From an uncultured Pelosinus sp. (GTDB lineage: Bacteria > Bacillota > Negativicutes > Sporomusales > Acetonemataceae): 64,000 nt of DNA. The stretch is from assembly GCA_900542835.1 (NCBI GenBank), contig UQPB01000011.1:3668-67667 (forward strand). Direction: 5' to 3'. The notes under the pieces are model-generated. The model made no database searches, had not been told where the DNA came from, and worked only from the letters and a program-made list of their open reading frames with translations. The translations under genes were made by a program, and so were the position numbers. This document shows positions 9,494 to 19,711 of this stretch, piece after piece. Each line of letters opens with the position of its first letter. The stretch's first letter is position 1.

Positions 9494-10858
9494 TTGCAGG
9501 GGAAACCGCGGGAGACATTTTCATCAGGGCTGGCTGTTTTTCTGGCCACGCTGGGATCGGCTGTTGGTTTGGGGAATATCTGGAAATTTCCCTATCTAAC
9601 CGGCGAGAACGGCGGCGGTGCTTTTTTGTTGGTGTATGTTCTGTGTATTCTGCTGGTTGGTATTCCGGTCATGGCCTGCGAGTTTTACGCCGGCCGCAGA
9701 ACCCGCAAAAATGCGTTCGGCGCTTATCAGGAAATTAAGCCGGGGCCGGTTTGGAAGCATATCGGCACGCTTGGGGTCGGCAGTGCTTATTTTATCATGT
9801 TCTTTTACAGCTGCGTGGCCGGCTGGGTCTATTATTACCTGTTCAAGGCATTAAAGGGCGACTTTATCGGCGTCACCCTGGAAACAGCGAAAGCGGAGTT
9901 CGGCGCAACTGTGCTTGGGCCGTATGCGCCGATTGTCTGGCAGTTCGTTGTCCTGAGCGTTGTTTGCGCCATTTTAGCCGCAGGCGTGAAAAAGGGTATC
10001 GAGAAGATGACGAAAACGCTGATGCCGCTGTTGTTCCTGCTGATTCTGATTTGTGACTTGCGGGCTATCACTCTGCCGGGGGCGGCCCAGGGGCTGGCGT
10101 TCTTGTTTCATGTTGATTTTAGCAAGCTAACCGCCCCGGTTATCCTGACTGCTTTAGGGCTGGCGTTTTTTAAGTTGTCATTAGGCATGGGAACCATGAC
10201 GACCTATGCCAGTTATTTTACTCACGACAATAATATGCTGCGCACCGCGGCAAAAGTAGCTGTGGCCGATACGCTTGTCTCCCTGTTGGCGGGAATCGCT
10301 ATTTTTCCGACCGTATTTTCGTTTGGAATGGAAGCGGCGGCCGGACCGGGACTGCTGTTTATGACGATTCCACTGGTCTTTTCGCAAATGCCGCTGGGAA
10401 ATTTATTGCTGATCGCGTTTTTCTTTTTAACCTCCATTGCGGCAACCACGGCGATGCTGTCGCTGGTTGAGGTGCCAGTGGCTTATTTTGTCGAAGAAAA
10501 GGGCTATAGCCGCAAGCGGGCGGCTATTGTTAACGGTTGTATCATCTTCGCTTTCGGCATACTGGCCTCGCTTTCCGCCGACAAGGCGAGCCTGCTGGGA
10601 CATGTGACTGTTGGCGGCCGCGGTTTCTTTGACTGGTTCGATTATTTGTCGTCGAATATCATGCTGCCGCTGGGAGGACTGCTGATTGCCGTTCTGATCG
10701 GCTATTCCGTCAACCGCGACCAACTGCGCAAGGAGTTTTCCAATGATGGTCAGCTGCGGCAGGACGGTTTAATTAGCTGCTTTATTTTTATAATCCGTTA
10801 TATTACGCCGGCGCTTTTGATTATTGTCTTTTTGAATTCAATTGGAATTATCGGCTGA
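9494..10858 (+). CDS. Sodium-dependent transporter, neurotransmitter:sodium symporter (NSS/SNF) family
   Basis: GNIWKFPYLTGENGGGAFL signature N-terminus of NSS family; 11-12 TM; TTG start 16 nt after aaggagga RBS. Confidence 0.8.
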   Translation: MQGKPRETFSSGLAVFLATLGSAVGLGNIWKFPYLTGENGGGAFLLVYVLCILLVGIPVMACEFYAGRRTRKNAFGAYQEIKPGPVWKHIGTLGVGSAYFIMFFYSCVAGWVYYYLFKALKGDFIGVTLETAKAEFGATVLGPYAPIVWQFVVLSVVCAILAAGVKKGIEKMTKTLMPLLFLLILICDLRAITLPGAAQGLAFLFHVDFSKLTAPVILTALGLAFFKLSLGMGTMTTYASYFTHDNNMLRTAAKVAVADTLVSLLAGIAIFPTVFSFGMEAAAGPGLLFMTIPLVFSQMPLGNLLLIAFFFLTSIAATTAMLSLVEVPVAYFVEEKGYSRKRAAIVNGCIIFAFGILASLSADKASLLGHVTVGGRGFFDWFDYLSSNIMLPLGGLLIAVLIGYSVNRDQLRKEFSNDGQLRQDGLISCFIFIIRYITPALLIIVFLNSIGIIG

Positions 10859-10961
10859 TTCGTGCGGGGGAAGAGGCGACAAAGCGGTCGCCTTTTTCTT
10901 TTTTACCGGATTTTACCGCAAAAAAGTCCTGTTTTCTCTCCGGCCATATCGGTAAAGATGG

Positions 10962-10990
10962 TTTATATAGTATCGTGAATATGGTATAAT
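10962..10990 (+). promoter_or_regulatory. ftsZ promoter with extended -10 (TGgTATAAT) and weak -35 (TTTATA)
   Basis: Read directly in the AT-rich spacer after the NSS-gene terminator. Confidence 0.5.
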
Positions 10991-11041
10991 AAAAAATATT
11001 TAGTCTGTTTTTTGCGTATAAATAGTAAGGAGGAGCGTTTG

Positions 11042-12127
11042 ATGCTGGAATTGGATGTGCAAGACAACGCATTCTGTGTGATAAAAGTAATCGGCGTTGG
11101 CGGCGGGGGAAATAACGCGGTCAACCGGATGATTGCCGCCGGCGTAAAAAACGTTGAGTTTATTGTTGTAAACACGGATGCGCAGGCTTTGCAATCTTCT
11201 CAGGCTGCCTATCGCATCCAGATCGGTGAAAAACTGACCAAAGGATTAGGCGCGGGCGCGAATCCTGACATTGGAGAAAAAGCGGCCGAGGAAAGCCGTG
11301 AAGATATCATGAAGGCTGTGAGAGGCGCCGATATGGTCTTTATTACCGCCGGCATGGGCGGCGGCACAGGTACCGGCGCTGCTCCGGTCGTGGCTCAGTG
11401 TGCCCGCGATGTCGGGGCGTTGACTGTCGGCGTCGTTACCAAGCCCTTTACGTTCGAGGGCCGCAAGCGGCAGCAGCAGGCTGTTCGCGGTATGGAACGG
11501 CTGCGGGAAGCGGTGGACACGCTGATCACCATTCCCAATGATAAATTGCTACAGATTGCCAGCAAAAAAACAACCATGCTTGAGGCGTTTTCGATTGCCG
11601 ATGATGTACTGCGTCAGGGCGTACAGGGCATATCCGACCTGATCGCCGTTCCCGGTTTGATCAATTGTGATTTTGCCGATGTGCGGACAATCATGCAGAA
11701 TACCGGCTCAGCCATTATGAGTATTGGCCGCGGCTCCGGCGAGAACCGGGTTGAGGAAGCGGCGGAGGCCGCTATCCGCAGTCCGCTGCTGGAGGCGTCG
11801 ATGGAAGGGGCGCGCGGTGTCCTTATTAACGTCACCGGCGGTCTGCAGATGGGCATTATGGAAGTGAACGAGGTGGCCGGCCGGATTACCGATGCCGCCG
11901 ATCCTGAGGCCAATATCATTTTCGGTGCGGCTATTGATGAGACGCTGGGGGACGAGCTGCGGGTAACGGTTATTGCAACCGGCTTTGGCGCAGCGCCTGA
12001 GCCTGTTCATAAACCGGCCGCGCCGGTTAATCCGCTGAAAGATAAGCTGCCGCTGGAGCCAGTGCGGCGTTTTGGTCTTGATATCCCCGACTTTATGCGC
12101 GGGGCGGATCAGCGCAACAAGCGCTAA
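11042..12127 (+). CDS. ftsZ: Cell division GTPase FtsZ
   Basis: GGGTGTG tubulin signature, [16 protein letters not shown]-terminal DIPDFMRG tail; RBS aggagg; start at ATG 11042. Confidence 0.95.
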   Translation: MLELDVQDNAFCVIKVIGVGGGGNNAVNRMIAAGVKNVEFIVVNTDAQALQSSQAAYRIQIGEKLTKGLGAGANPDIGEKAAEESREDIMKAVRGADMVFITAGMGGGTGTGAAPVVAQCARDVGALTVGVVTKPFTFEGRKRQQQAVRGMERLREAVDTLITIPNDKLLQIASKKTTMLEAFSIADDVLRQGVQGISDLIAVPGLINCDFADVRTIMQNTGSAIMSIGRGSGENRVEEAAEAAIRSPLLEASMEGARGVLINVTGGLQMGIMEVNEVAGRITDAADPEANIIFGAAIDETLGDELRVTVIATGFGAAPEPVHKPAAPVNPLKDKLPLEPVRRFGLDIPDFMRGADQRNKR

Positions 12128-12137
12128 GATACCGGAT

Positions 12138-12170
12138 AAAGCCGCCGACCCCTTAAGGGGCGGCGGCTTT
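12138..12170. terminator. Bidirectional terminator after ftsZ (AAAGCCGCCGACCCCTTAAGGGGCGGCGGCTTT)
   Basis: Near-perfect 12-bp GC stem flanked by A/T runs. Confidence 0.75.
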
Positions 12171-12174
12171 GCAA

Positions 12175-12735
12175 TTATTGGCCCGGCGACAGGATATGCC
12201 GGGTTACGGCTTCATAAAGATTCGCTGCCCGCGGCGTTGTCGCAGCGACTTTTGACAGCTCGTGGCGTCCATGGCCGGTAAGGACAAACAGCGGCCTGAC
12301 GCCGGCGGCAATGCCGGCGGCGATATCGCTCTGGTGGTCTCCCACCAGCCAGCAGGCTTCAAGGTCAAGGGAAAAGTCGGCTGCCGCCTTTAGCAGCATG
12401 CCCGGCGCCGGTTTACGGCAATCGCATATTTGACGGTAGGGGGGAAGGCCGGCGGGGTGATGCGGGCAGTAGTAAAACGCATCAATATAAGCGCCTGCCG
12501 CGGCTAGCTGCTCATTGACCCAGCGGTGCAAGCTGTCGACAGCCTGCGGAGAGAAATGCCCGTGGGCGATGCCAGCCTGGTTAGAGACGACGATGACGCG
12601 GAAGCCGGCCTGGTTCAGTAAGCTGATGGCGGCGACAGCGCCTTCCTCGAAAATGAAATCTTCCCGGTTGACAATATAGCCGCGATCCTGATTAATCGTG
12701 CCGTCGCGGTCAAGAAAAACTGCTGACTGCTGCAT
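12175..12735 (-). CDS. HAD-IIIA family phosphatase (D,D-heptose 1,7-bisphosphate phosphatase GmhB-like / histidinol-phosphatase-like)
   Basis: FLDRDGTIN motif I and HAD motifs; start taken as internal Met MQQSAVF (12733-12735). Confidence 0.7.
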   Translation of the reverse strand: MQQSAVFLDRDGTINQDRGYIVNREDFIFEEGAVAAISLLNQAGFRVIVVSNQAGIAHGHFSPQAVDSLHRWVNEQLAAAGAYIDAFYYCPHHPAGLPPYRQICDCRKPAPGMLLKAAADFSLDLEACWLVGDHQSDIAAGIAAGVRPLFVLTGHGRHELSKVAATTPRAANLYEAVTRHILSPGQ

Positions 12736-12929
12736 CTTTGTCACTCCTCGCTGGCGTAATTGGCCGTATAGACAATAGTATAGCACGTTTACCCGGGCCG
12801 GTTGCAGAAAATGACGAAGCTTGCGCGGCAAGGCAGATATCCGGATTTTTTGTAAAAACCACTGGCTAAAGTGGCCCAATACTTGTTATGATATAAGTTA
12901 AACCGATACATAATGGAAGGCGATGCGAC

Positions 12930-13880
12930 ATGGGGCAAGTGCGGGGGCGGTTCGCTCCCAGCCCGAGCGGGGAGATGCATCTGGGCAACGCCTGGACGGC
13001 ACTGCTGGCCTGGCTGGCTGTCCGCCATGACAACGGTGTAATCATTCTGCGGATAGAGGATCTGGATCCCGACCGTTCCCGTCCCGAGTATAGCGAGCAG
13101 ATCATGGCTGATTTGCTTTGGCTGGGGTTGGACTGGGATGAGGGGCCCGGCCGCGGCGGCGCCTGCGGCCCTTACTATCAGGATGAGCGCCGGACGCTTT
13201 ATCAACAGGCAATTGACCGGTTAGCGGCGCGGGATTTATTGTATCCCTGCTTTTGCAGCCGGGCGCAGCTGCAGGCCGCGACGGCGCCGCACGCCGGCGA
13301 ACGCGAATGGCGCTGCCCCGGCCGCTGCCGCCGCTTAAGCCCGGCGGAGCGCCGGCAGCGGCTGGAGCAAGGCAGGCAGCCGCAGTTGCGGCTGTGCGTG
13401 CCCGATCGTGATATTGCCGTCACTGACCTGATTCAGGGCCGTTACAGTCAAAATCTGCAGCGTGATGCCGGCGATTTTGTTGTGCGGCGTTCTGATGGTG
13501 TTCATGCCTATCAACTCGCTGTTGTCGTTGACGACGCGCTGATGGGAGTGAATCAGGTGGTACGCGGCGCCGACCTGCTGCCGTCAACGCCGCGGCAACT
13601 CTATTTATATGAACTGCTGGAGCTGCCGCCGCCCCGCTTTGCGCACCCGCCGCTGCTTTGCGGCGGTGACGGACGGCGGCTGTCGAAGCGGCAGCAGGAT
13701 TTGTCACTGGCGGCATTGCGGAAGCGCGGCGTTACGCCGCAGTCTATTATCGGTTACCTGGCCTGGAAATCCGGTTTGATGGCCGTCAATGAACCGGTGG
13801 ACGCCGCCGAGCTGGTGGCCGCTTTTGACTTTTCCCGCATTGGCAAAGAGCCGGTGCTGCTGACTGCCGGCGAACTGTAA
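12930..13880 (+). CDS. gluQ: Glutamyl-Q tRNA(Asp) synthetase (truncated GluRS paralog)
   Basis: 316 aa, catalytic domain only; HIGH-like SPSGEMHLGNAW and KMSKS-like RLSKRQ motifs; no anticodon-binding domain. Confidence 0.8.
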   Translation: MGQVRGRFAPSPSGEMHLGNAWTALLAWLAVRHDNGVIILRIEDLDPDRSRPEYSEQIMADLLWLGLDWDEGPGRGGACGPYYQDERRTLYQQAIDRLAARDLLYPCFCSRAQLQAATAPHAGEREWRCPGRCRRLSPAERRQRLEQGRQPQLRLCVPDRDIAVTDLIQGRYSQNLQRDAGDFVVRRSDGVHAYQLAVVVDDALMGVNQVVRGADLLPSTPRQLYLYELLELPPPRFAHPPLLCGGDGRRLSKRQQDLSLAALRKRGVTPQSIIGYLAWKSGLMAVNEPVDAAELVAAFDFSRIGKEPVLLTAGEL

Positions 13881-13929
13881 GCAGGCATCTGCCGGAACCA
13901 TGCCGAAACAACAATAGCAAAACCGAATA

Positions 13930-14040
13930 GAGCCTGTGGAGGCTGCGGAGGGCGAGCGTCTTCTTCGCTGTTGGAGAAGCATACTTACACACTTTGCTTT
14001 TCGTTGCCCTCCGCTATGCCTCCGCAATCCGTGACCCAAG
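13930..14040 (+). repeat. Heptamer-array palindrome, family P, divergent member (between gluQ and PHP gene)
   Basis: Arms CTGTGGAGGCTGCGGAGGGCGAGCG / CGTTGCCCTCCGCTATGCCTCCGC around a 45-nt loop. Confidence 0.55.
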
Positions 14041-14076
14041 CGCTGCTGCCGCTTGTCACAGAAAAAGGAGGATGCC

Positions 14077-14703
14077 ATGCGAATCGATTGCCATACTCAT
14101 CCGCTGGCGCATCGCTATTATTATGATGGCCAGCCTCCGGAAGAATTGACCCGGAAAGATCAGGCTGATATTATCAGTGTGCTCAATATGGCGGTCGAAC
14201 GCGGCCTTGATGCCGTTGCCGTGACCGATCACGATCTGGCTTTATCCGGCCTCTGGGCCAGCTGTTACGCGCGGGCGAATTTACCGCGGCTGCGGGTGAT
14301 AGCCGGCTGTGAATGCGAGCTCTATTTTCAAAGCGAATGGGTCCATATTCTGGCCTTGGGGCTGCATTCCCCGCTTGCTTATACTCCATATACGGCTCCG
14401 GATGACTTAGCGGCGCAAATCCGTTTCCAGGGAGGTATCGCGGTACTGGCGCACCCTATGTGCTACAGTGAAGCCATTTACTATTCACTGAAAACAATTG
14501 TCGACGGCATTGAGTACCGCAATGGCGCCCAGGAATATGCAGGCCGCGAGTCCTATCAACGGATTTTGGATGCGGACGGTTATCGGGGGTTAAGGCTGCA
14601 CAACAGCGACTATCACTATCCCAGTCAGCCGGTGCCGTCGCAGTGGCAGGCGGCAACAGTTTTGTCTGATGCTGAATTTGCCCGCTGGTTCGGGCTTATA
14701 TAA
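14077..14703 (+). CDS. PHP-domain metal-dependent phosphoesterase
   Basis: MRIDCHTHP N-terminal His cluster and later H/D ligands typical of PHP (polymerase/histidinol phosphatase) fold; RBS aaggagg. Confidence 0.65.
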   Translation: MRIDCHTHPLAHRYYYDGQPPEELTRKDQADIISVLNMAVERGLDAVAVTDHDLALSGLWASCYARANLPRLRVIAGCECELYFQSEWVHILALGLHSPLAYTPYTAPDDLAAQIRFQGGIAVLAHPMCYSEAIYYSLKTIVDGIEYRNGAQEYAGRESYQRILDADGYRGLRLHNSDYHYPSQPVPSQWQAATVLSDAEFARWFGLI

Positions 14704-14736
14704 AATTGCTGAAATCATAAAACAGGAGGCAGATAA

Positions 14737-17700
14737 ATGCTCGAGCAACAAGTACGGCGCGTTTATACGGAAAAAAAGTCCCGCTATGCTGTCGAGGCGC
14801 AGCAGCTTTATGCGGATTTACGTTCACATCTCGGTCTGAAAAACCTGTCTGGAGTCAGGGTGATTAATCGCTATGATGTCTCAGGCCTGGATGAGCAGGC
14901 CTACCGGCTGAGCCTGACGACGGTGTTTTCCGAGCCGCCGGTCGATAATCTGTATCTGGAGGAATTGCCGCTGGCAGCCGGCGAGCAGGCTTTCGCCATG
15001 GAATACCTGCCTGGCCAGTATGATCAACGGGCCGATTCGGCGGCACAATGCCTGCAGATTCTGACGCAGCGGGAACGGCCGCTGCTGTTGGCCGCGAAGG
15101 TGGTTGTCCTGCAGGGGGATGTATCGGCTGCGGAGCTGGCGGCTGTCAAAGCCTACTGCATCAATCCGGTTGAATCGCGGGAAGCCTCTATGGACAAGCC
15201 GGCAATCCTTGCAACCGAAGCGCCGGCACCGCCGGATGTGGCAGTGCTCGACGGCTTTAGCGGCCTGTCTGCCGACGCTCTTGCCGCTCTGCACCGCCAG
15301 TTGGGGCTGGCGATGACGGAAGCTGATCTGCGGTTCTGCCAGACCTACTTTGCGGCTACGGAAAAACGCGACCCGACGATTACGGAAATCAGGGTTATTG
15401 ATACTTATTGGTCGGATCATTGCCGTCATACCACTTTCTTCAGTGAAATTGAGGATGTCGTCATGGAGCAAGGGCCCTACAGCCGGCCGATGCAGGCCGC
15501 CTACCGGGAATACCTTGAGGCCCGCCGGGCGGTTTATGGCAGCGAGGAGCGGGCGGTCAGCCTGATGGATGTCGCCGTTATGGCGATGAAGGAGCTGAAG
15601 CGGGCCGGGAAACTCGACGATCTTGATGAATCGGATGAGATTAATGCCTGCAGCATTGTGGCCGATATAAGTGTTGACTATGGCAATGGCCCGCAGCAGG
15701 AGCCCTGGCTGATCATGTTTAAAAATGAGACACACAACCATCCAACCGAGATTGAACCGTTTGGCGGCGCGGCCACCTGTCTTGGCGGCGCAATCCGTGA
15801 TCCGCTGTCAGGGCGTTCTTACGTATATCAGGCGATGCGTGTAAGCGGCAGCGGCGATCCGCGCACGCCGCTGGAAGCGACTCTGCCGGGCAAGCTGCCC
15901 CAGCGCAAGATTACCCTGGGCGCCTGGGCGGGTTACAGTTCCTACGGCAATCAGATTGGACTCGCTACCGGTCAGGTGGCGGAGGTCTATGATGAAGGCT
16001 TTATTGCCAAACGCATGGAAGTCGGCGCTGTTATTGGCGCTGCGCCCCGCTCTCATGTCCGGCGCAGCCAGCCGCAGCCGGGGGATGCGATCCTGCTGGT
16101 TGGCGGCCGTACCGGCCGCGACGGCTGCGGCGGCGCGACCGGTTCGTCCAAGGAGCATACGGAAGAATCGCTGGAAGCTTGCGGCGCCGAGGTGCAGAAA
16201 GGCAATCCCGTCACCGAACGCAAAATTCAGCGTTTGTTCCGCAATCCGGCAGTCAGCGCACTAATTAAAAAGTCCAATGACTTTGGCGCCGGCGGCGTGT
16301 CGGTTGCGGTCGGCGAGCTGGCCGACGGCCTGGTAATTGAGCTTGATGCGGTTCCCAAAAAATATGAGGGGCTGGATGGAACCGAACTGGCGATTTCCGA
16401 ATCCCAGGAACGGATGGCGGTTGTTGTTGCAGCCGCCGATGTTGAGGCGTTTATCGGTTATGCTGCTGAGGAGAATCTGGAGGCGACGGCAATAGCCGCC
16501 GTTACCGGCGACCGGCGGCTGCGCATGCGGTGGCGCGGTCAGCCGATTGTCGACGTCAGCCGGGATTTTCTCGATAGCAGCGGCGTACGGCAGACTGCCC
16601 GGGTGACGGTGGCACAGCCGCAGGCTGCGGATTATTTTGCGGCGGCAGCGGCGTCTGAGGCTGGAAAACCCTGGCGGCAGGCCTGGCAGGATACCCTGGC
16701 CGACCTGAATGTCTGCAGCCAGCGCGGCATGATAGAACGCTTCGACAGTACGATTGGCGGTGGCAGTGTACTGCTGCCGCTGGGAGGACGCTATCAGGAC
16801 ACGCCTGCCGAAGGCATGGCGGCTAAAATCCCGGTTCAAGCCGGTGAGACGTCCACCGCCAGCCTGATGAGCTATGGCTATAACCCCCGCATTGCCAAAT
16901 GGAGTCCGTTTCATGGCGCGGTGTACGCCGTTGTCGAAGCGGTGGCCAAAATTGCGGCCATGGGCGGCGACTACCGGCGGATTCGCCTAACGCTGCAGGA
17001 GTATTTTGAAAAGCTGGGCGCGGACCGGCTGCGTTGGGGCAAGCCGTTTGCCGCCCTGCTTGGCGCCTACTATGTGCAAAAGCGGCTGGAAATTGCGGCG
17101 ATTGGCGGCAAGGACAGCATGTCCGGTTCCTTTTTGGATCTCGATGTGCCGCCGACGCTGATTGCGTTTGCCGTGACGGTAGCCGATGCCGCGAAGGTGG
17201 TATCGCCGGAATTTAAAGCCGCCGGCAGCCAGGTGGTGTTGCTGCCGCTGTCGAGGGATGAAGCGGCTATGCCTGACTTTGCCGTTTTTGCCCGTAATCT
17301 GGCATTGACGCATGAACTGATCAACCGGGGGCTGGTACTGGCGGCTCAGACTGTCAGAACCGGCGGCATTGCCGCTGCGGTCAGCAAAATGTGCTTTGGC
17401 AACCGGTTCGGGTTCAGCTTTACCCAGCCGCTGCGTTCAGATGAACTGCTCAGCCCTGCGTATGGCTCGCTGCTGCTTGAGCTGCCGCAGGACGCTGACT
17501 TGTCCGCCTTGTTCGGCGACGCAGGCTACAGCTTGCTTGGCCGGACAACGGCGGAGCCGGTTATTCGCATGGGAGCGGATACGCTGGCAGTGGAAACCGC
17601 TTACCTTGCCTGGTCAAAACCGCTGGCGGAGGTGTTTCCGGTCGCCGCCGACCCGGTAGCGGGCGTGGCGGCAACTGCGCAGGCGGCTGCCGCCGTCCGG

Positions 17701-18519
17701 CGGAAAGCGGTAAAAGTGGCAAAACCGCGCATTTTAATTCCCGTGTTTCCAGGCACCAACTGCGAGACTGACTCGGCGCGGGCCTTTGAAAGAGCCGGCG
17801 GCTTGGTGGAAACCGTTATTATCCGCAATCTGACACCGGCTGATGTCGAGCAGTCGGTCAACCGGCTGGCGGCAGCGATTGGCCGGTCGCAGGCGATCAT
17901 GCTGCCCGGCGGCTTCAGCGCCGGCGATGAACCGGAAGGATCGGGCAAATTTATTGCTGTCATGTTCCGCAACCCGCGAATTACCGAAGCGGTACGTGAA
18001 CTGCTGCAACGGCGTGACGGCCTGATGCTGGGCATCTGCAACGGGTTTCAGGCCCTGATTAAGCTGGGTCTGGTGCCTTATGGCGATATTGTCGAGCCCC
18101 GCGCCGGCATGCCGACACTGACCTATAATACGATTGGCCGCCATATTTCACGCATGGTGCGGACACGGGTGACGTCGACCTTGTCTCCCTGGCTGGCAAA
18201 TACACAGCCGAGCGATATCCACGCCATTGCCGTATCGCATGGCGAAGGCCGCTTTGTCGCTGAGGAGGCGGAACTGGCTCAGCTCTTGCGTTCCGGCCAG
18301 GTCGCGGCTCAATATGTCGATTTTGCGGGCAATCCGTCGCATGACAGCGCATTTAATCCCAATGGCTCGATGGCTGCTGTCGAGGCTTTGACCAGCCCTG
18401 ACGGCAGGGTGCTGGGCAAGATGGGACATTCGGAGCGCCTGGGGCAGAATGTCGGTGTAAATGTACCGGGAGAAAAGGATCAACGCCTATTCGCCGCCGG
18501 TGTGGCTTATTTCAGTTAA
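14737..18519 (+). CDS. purL: Phosphoribosylformylglycinamidine (FGAM) synthase, large single-chain form
   Basis: 1260 aa with N-terminal PurS-like region, PurM-like duplicated core and C-terminal glutamine amidotransferase domain (GICNGFQAL). Confidence 0.95.
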   Translation: MLEQQVRRVYTEKKSRYAVEAQQLYADLRSHLGLKNLSGVRVINRYDVSGLDEQAYRLSLTTVFSEPPVDNLYLEELPLAAGEQAFAMEYLPGQYDQRADSAAQCLQILTQRERPLLLAAKVVVLQGDVSAAELAAVKAYCINPVESREASMDKPAILATEAPAPPDVAVLDGFSGLSADALAALHRQLGLAMTEADLRFCQTYFAATEKRDPTITEIRVIDTYWSDHCRHTTFFSEIEDVVMEQGPYSRPMQAAYREYLEARRAVYGSEERAVSLMDVAVMAMKELKRAGKLDDLDESDEINACSIVADISVDYGNGPQQEPWLIMFKNETHNHPTEIEPFGGAATCLGGAIRDPLSGRSYVYQAMRVSGSGDPRTPLEATLPGKLPQRKITLGAWAGYSSYGNQIGLATGQVAEVYDEGFIAKRMEVGAVIGAAPRSHVRRSQPQPGDAILLVGGRTGRDGCGGATGSSKEHTEESLEACGAEVQKGNPVTERKIQRLFRNPAVSALIKKSNDFGAGGVSVAVGELADGLVIELDAVPKKYEGLDGTELAISESQERMAVVVAAADVEAFIGYAAEENLEATAIAAVTGDRRLRMRWRGQPIVDVSRDFLDSSGVRQTARVTVAQPQAADYFAAAAASEAGKPWRQAWQDTLADLNVCSQRGMIERFDSTIGGGSVLLPLGGRYQDTPAEGMAAKIPVQAGETSTASLMSYGYNPRIAKWSPFHGAVYAVVEAVAKIAAMGGDYRRIRLTLQEYFEKLGADRLRWGKPFAALLGAYYVQKRLEIAAIGGKDSMSGSFLDLDVPPTLIAFAVTVADAAKVVSPEFKAAGSQVVLLPLSRDEAAMPDFAVFARNLALTHELINRGLVLAAQTVRTGGIAAAVSKMCFGNRFGFSFTQPLRSDELLSPAYGSLLLELPQDADLSALFGDAGYSLLGRTTAEPVIRMGADTLAVETAYLAWSKPLAEVFPVAADPVAGVAATAQAAAAVRRKAVKVAKPRILIPVFPGTNCETDSARAFERAGGLVETVIIRNLTPADVEQSVNRLAAAIGRSQAIMLPGGFSAGDEPEGSGKFIAVMFRNPRITEAVRELLQRRDGLMLGICNGFQALIKLGLVPYGDIVEPRAGMPTLTYNTIGRHISRMVRTRVTSTLSPWLANTQPSDIHAIAVSHGEGRFVAEEAELAQLLRSGQVAAQYVDFAGNPSHDSAFNPNGSMAAVEALTSPDGRVLGKMGHSERLGQNVGVNVPGEKDQRLFAAGVAYFS

Positions 18520-18668
18520 CCCGGCTTTACCCAAAGAGCGGAAAGGCCGGTTCAGCGGAAAATGGCGGGAGCGGCTGTCCCGGACTAACAAGGAATTTGC
18601 CAAATTTGTCTAGAATACTGTAGGCAATAGCGGCAGGCAAGCCATGTAGAATAGTAGGAGGGTTTTAA

Positions 18669-19709
18669 ATGAAAAAGTGGATATGGCTGTTAACAGGAAT
18701 TTTAACGGCGGCGCTGGCGGTTGCCGGCTGCGCCCGGCAGGAAGCGCCGCCGCAAGCGCCGGCGGCAAAGAAACTTAGTGTGGCAATGCTGAAGCTGACC
18801 AGTTCAGCGCCGTTGTTCATTGGTCTGGAAAAAGGCTTTTTTCAGGAACAGGGGCTTGAGCTTGATGTGCAATGGTTTGAAGCGGCGCACCCAATCGCGG
18901 TGGCTACCGCCTCGAATAAAGTCGATATCGGCGCTACCGGCATAACCGCCAGCCTGTTCAATCTGGTGGCCGGTGGCCAGCAGATTTCGATTGTCGCCGA
19001 TAAAGGCCGGGAACAAAGAGGTTATTCGTCGTCGGCGGTACTGGTCGGCACGGAGTTGTATCAAAGCGGCGTCAAATCGATCGACCAGCTGAAGGGCAAG
19101 CGGGTCGGCATTACCCAAACCGGCTCAACCTTCCATTATATGATTGGCCGTTTGCTGGAGAGCAAGGGGCTGACCCTGCAGGATGTCGAACTGGTGCCGC
19201 TGGGCAAGCTCGGGTCGCTGATGGCCGCGCTGGAAAGCAAACAGGTTGACGCCGTTATCCTCAACGAACCGAATATAACTAAAGTAGAAAAAGCCGGTTA
19301 CGGCAAGGTGCTGGTCCAGGCCGGCGATGTGATCGATTATCAGACGTCGGGGATTTTCTTTTCGCCGCAGCTGATGCAGGATCAGGATGCGGCTATCCGG
19401 TTCCTGAAAGGCTATATTAAAGCCAGCCGTTACTATTACGATGCCGCGCTGGTCAGGGAGAACGGCAAACCGGTGCCCGGTAAAAACTTTGACGAGACGG
19501 TACAGATCATTGCCAAGTATACGGGAGCGCCGGTGGAGGATATCAAGGCAGGTCTTCCGTACATGGACCGTGACGGTAAACTGCTGGCAGACGATATCGC
19601 TGTTCAGATCGATTGGTATGCTAAACATAAAATGATTGAAAAGCCGGTTGATGCCAAGCAGGTTGCCAATACCGCCCTGTTTGAGGAAGCACTGCGGCAA
19701 ATGCGGTAA
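18669..19709 (+). CDS. ABC transporter substrate-binding lipoprotein, NMT1/SsuA/TauA-like (sulfonate/nitrate/taurine type)
   Basis: Lipobox AVAGCARQ; 346 aa; followed by cognate ATPase and permease. Confidence 0.65.
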   Translation: MKKWIWLLTGILTAALAVAGCARQEAPPQAPAAKKLSVAMLKLTSSAPLFIGLEKGFFQEQGLELDVQWFEAAHPIAVATASNKVDIGATGITASLFNLVAGGQQISIVADKGREQRGYSSSAVLVGTELYQSGVKSIDQLKGKRVGITQTGSTFHYMIGRLLESKGLTLQDVELVPLGKLGSLMAALESKQVDAVILNEPNITKVEKAGYGKVLVQAGDVIDYQTSGIFFSPQLMQDQDAAIRFLKGYIKASRYYYDAALVRENGKPVPGKNFDETVQIIAKYTGAPVEDIKAGLPYMDRDGKLLADDIAVQIDWYAKHKMIEKPVDAKQVANTALFEEALRQMR

Positions 19710-19711
19710 GC

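Noticed and set aside
14881-15741. Long antisense ORFs inside purL, the histidine kinase gene, the MCP gene and others (e.g. 14881..15741 -, 57742..58569 -, 52607..53542 +, 8630..9337 -)
   Set aside because: These are typical high-GC antisense open frames lying wholly within well-supported genes. They have no RBS and no recognisable motifs.
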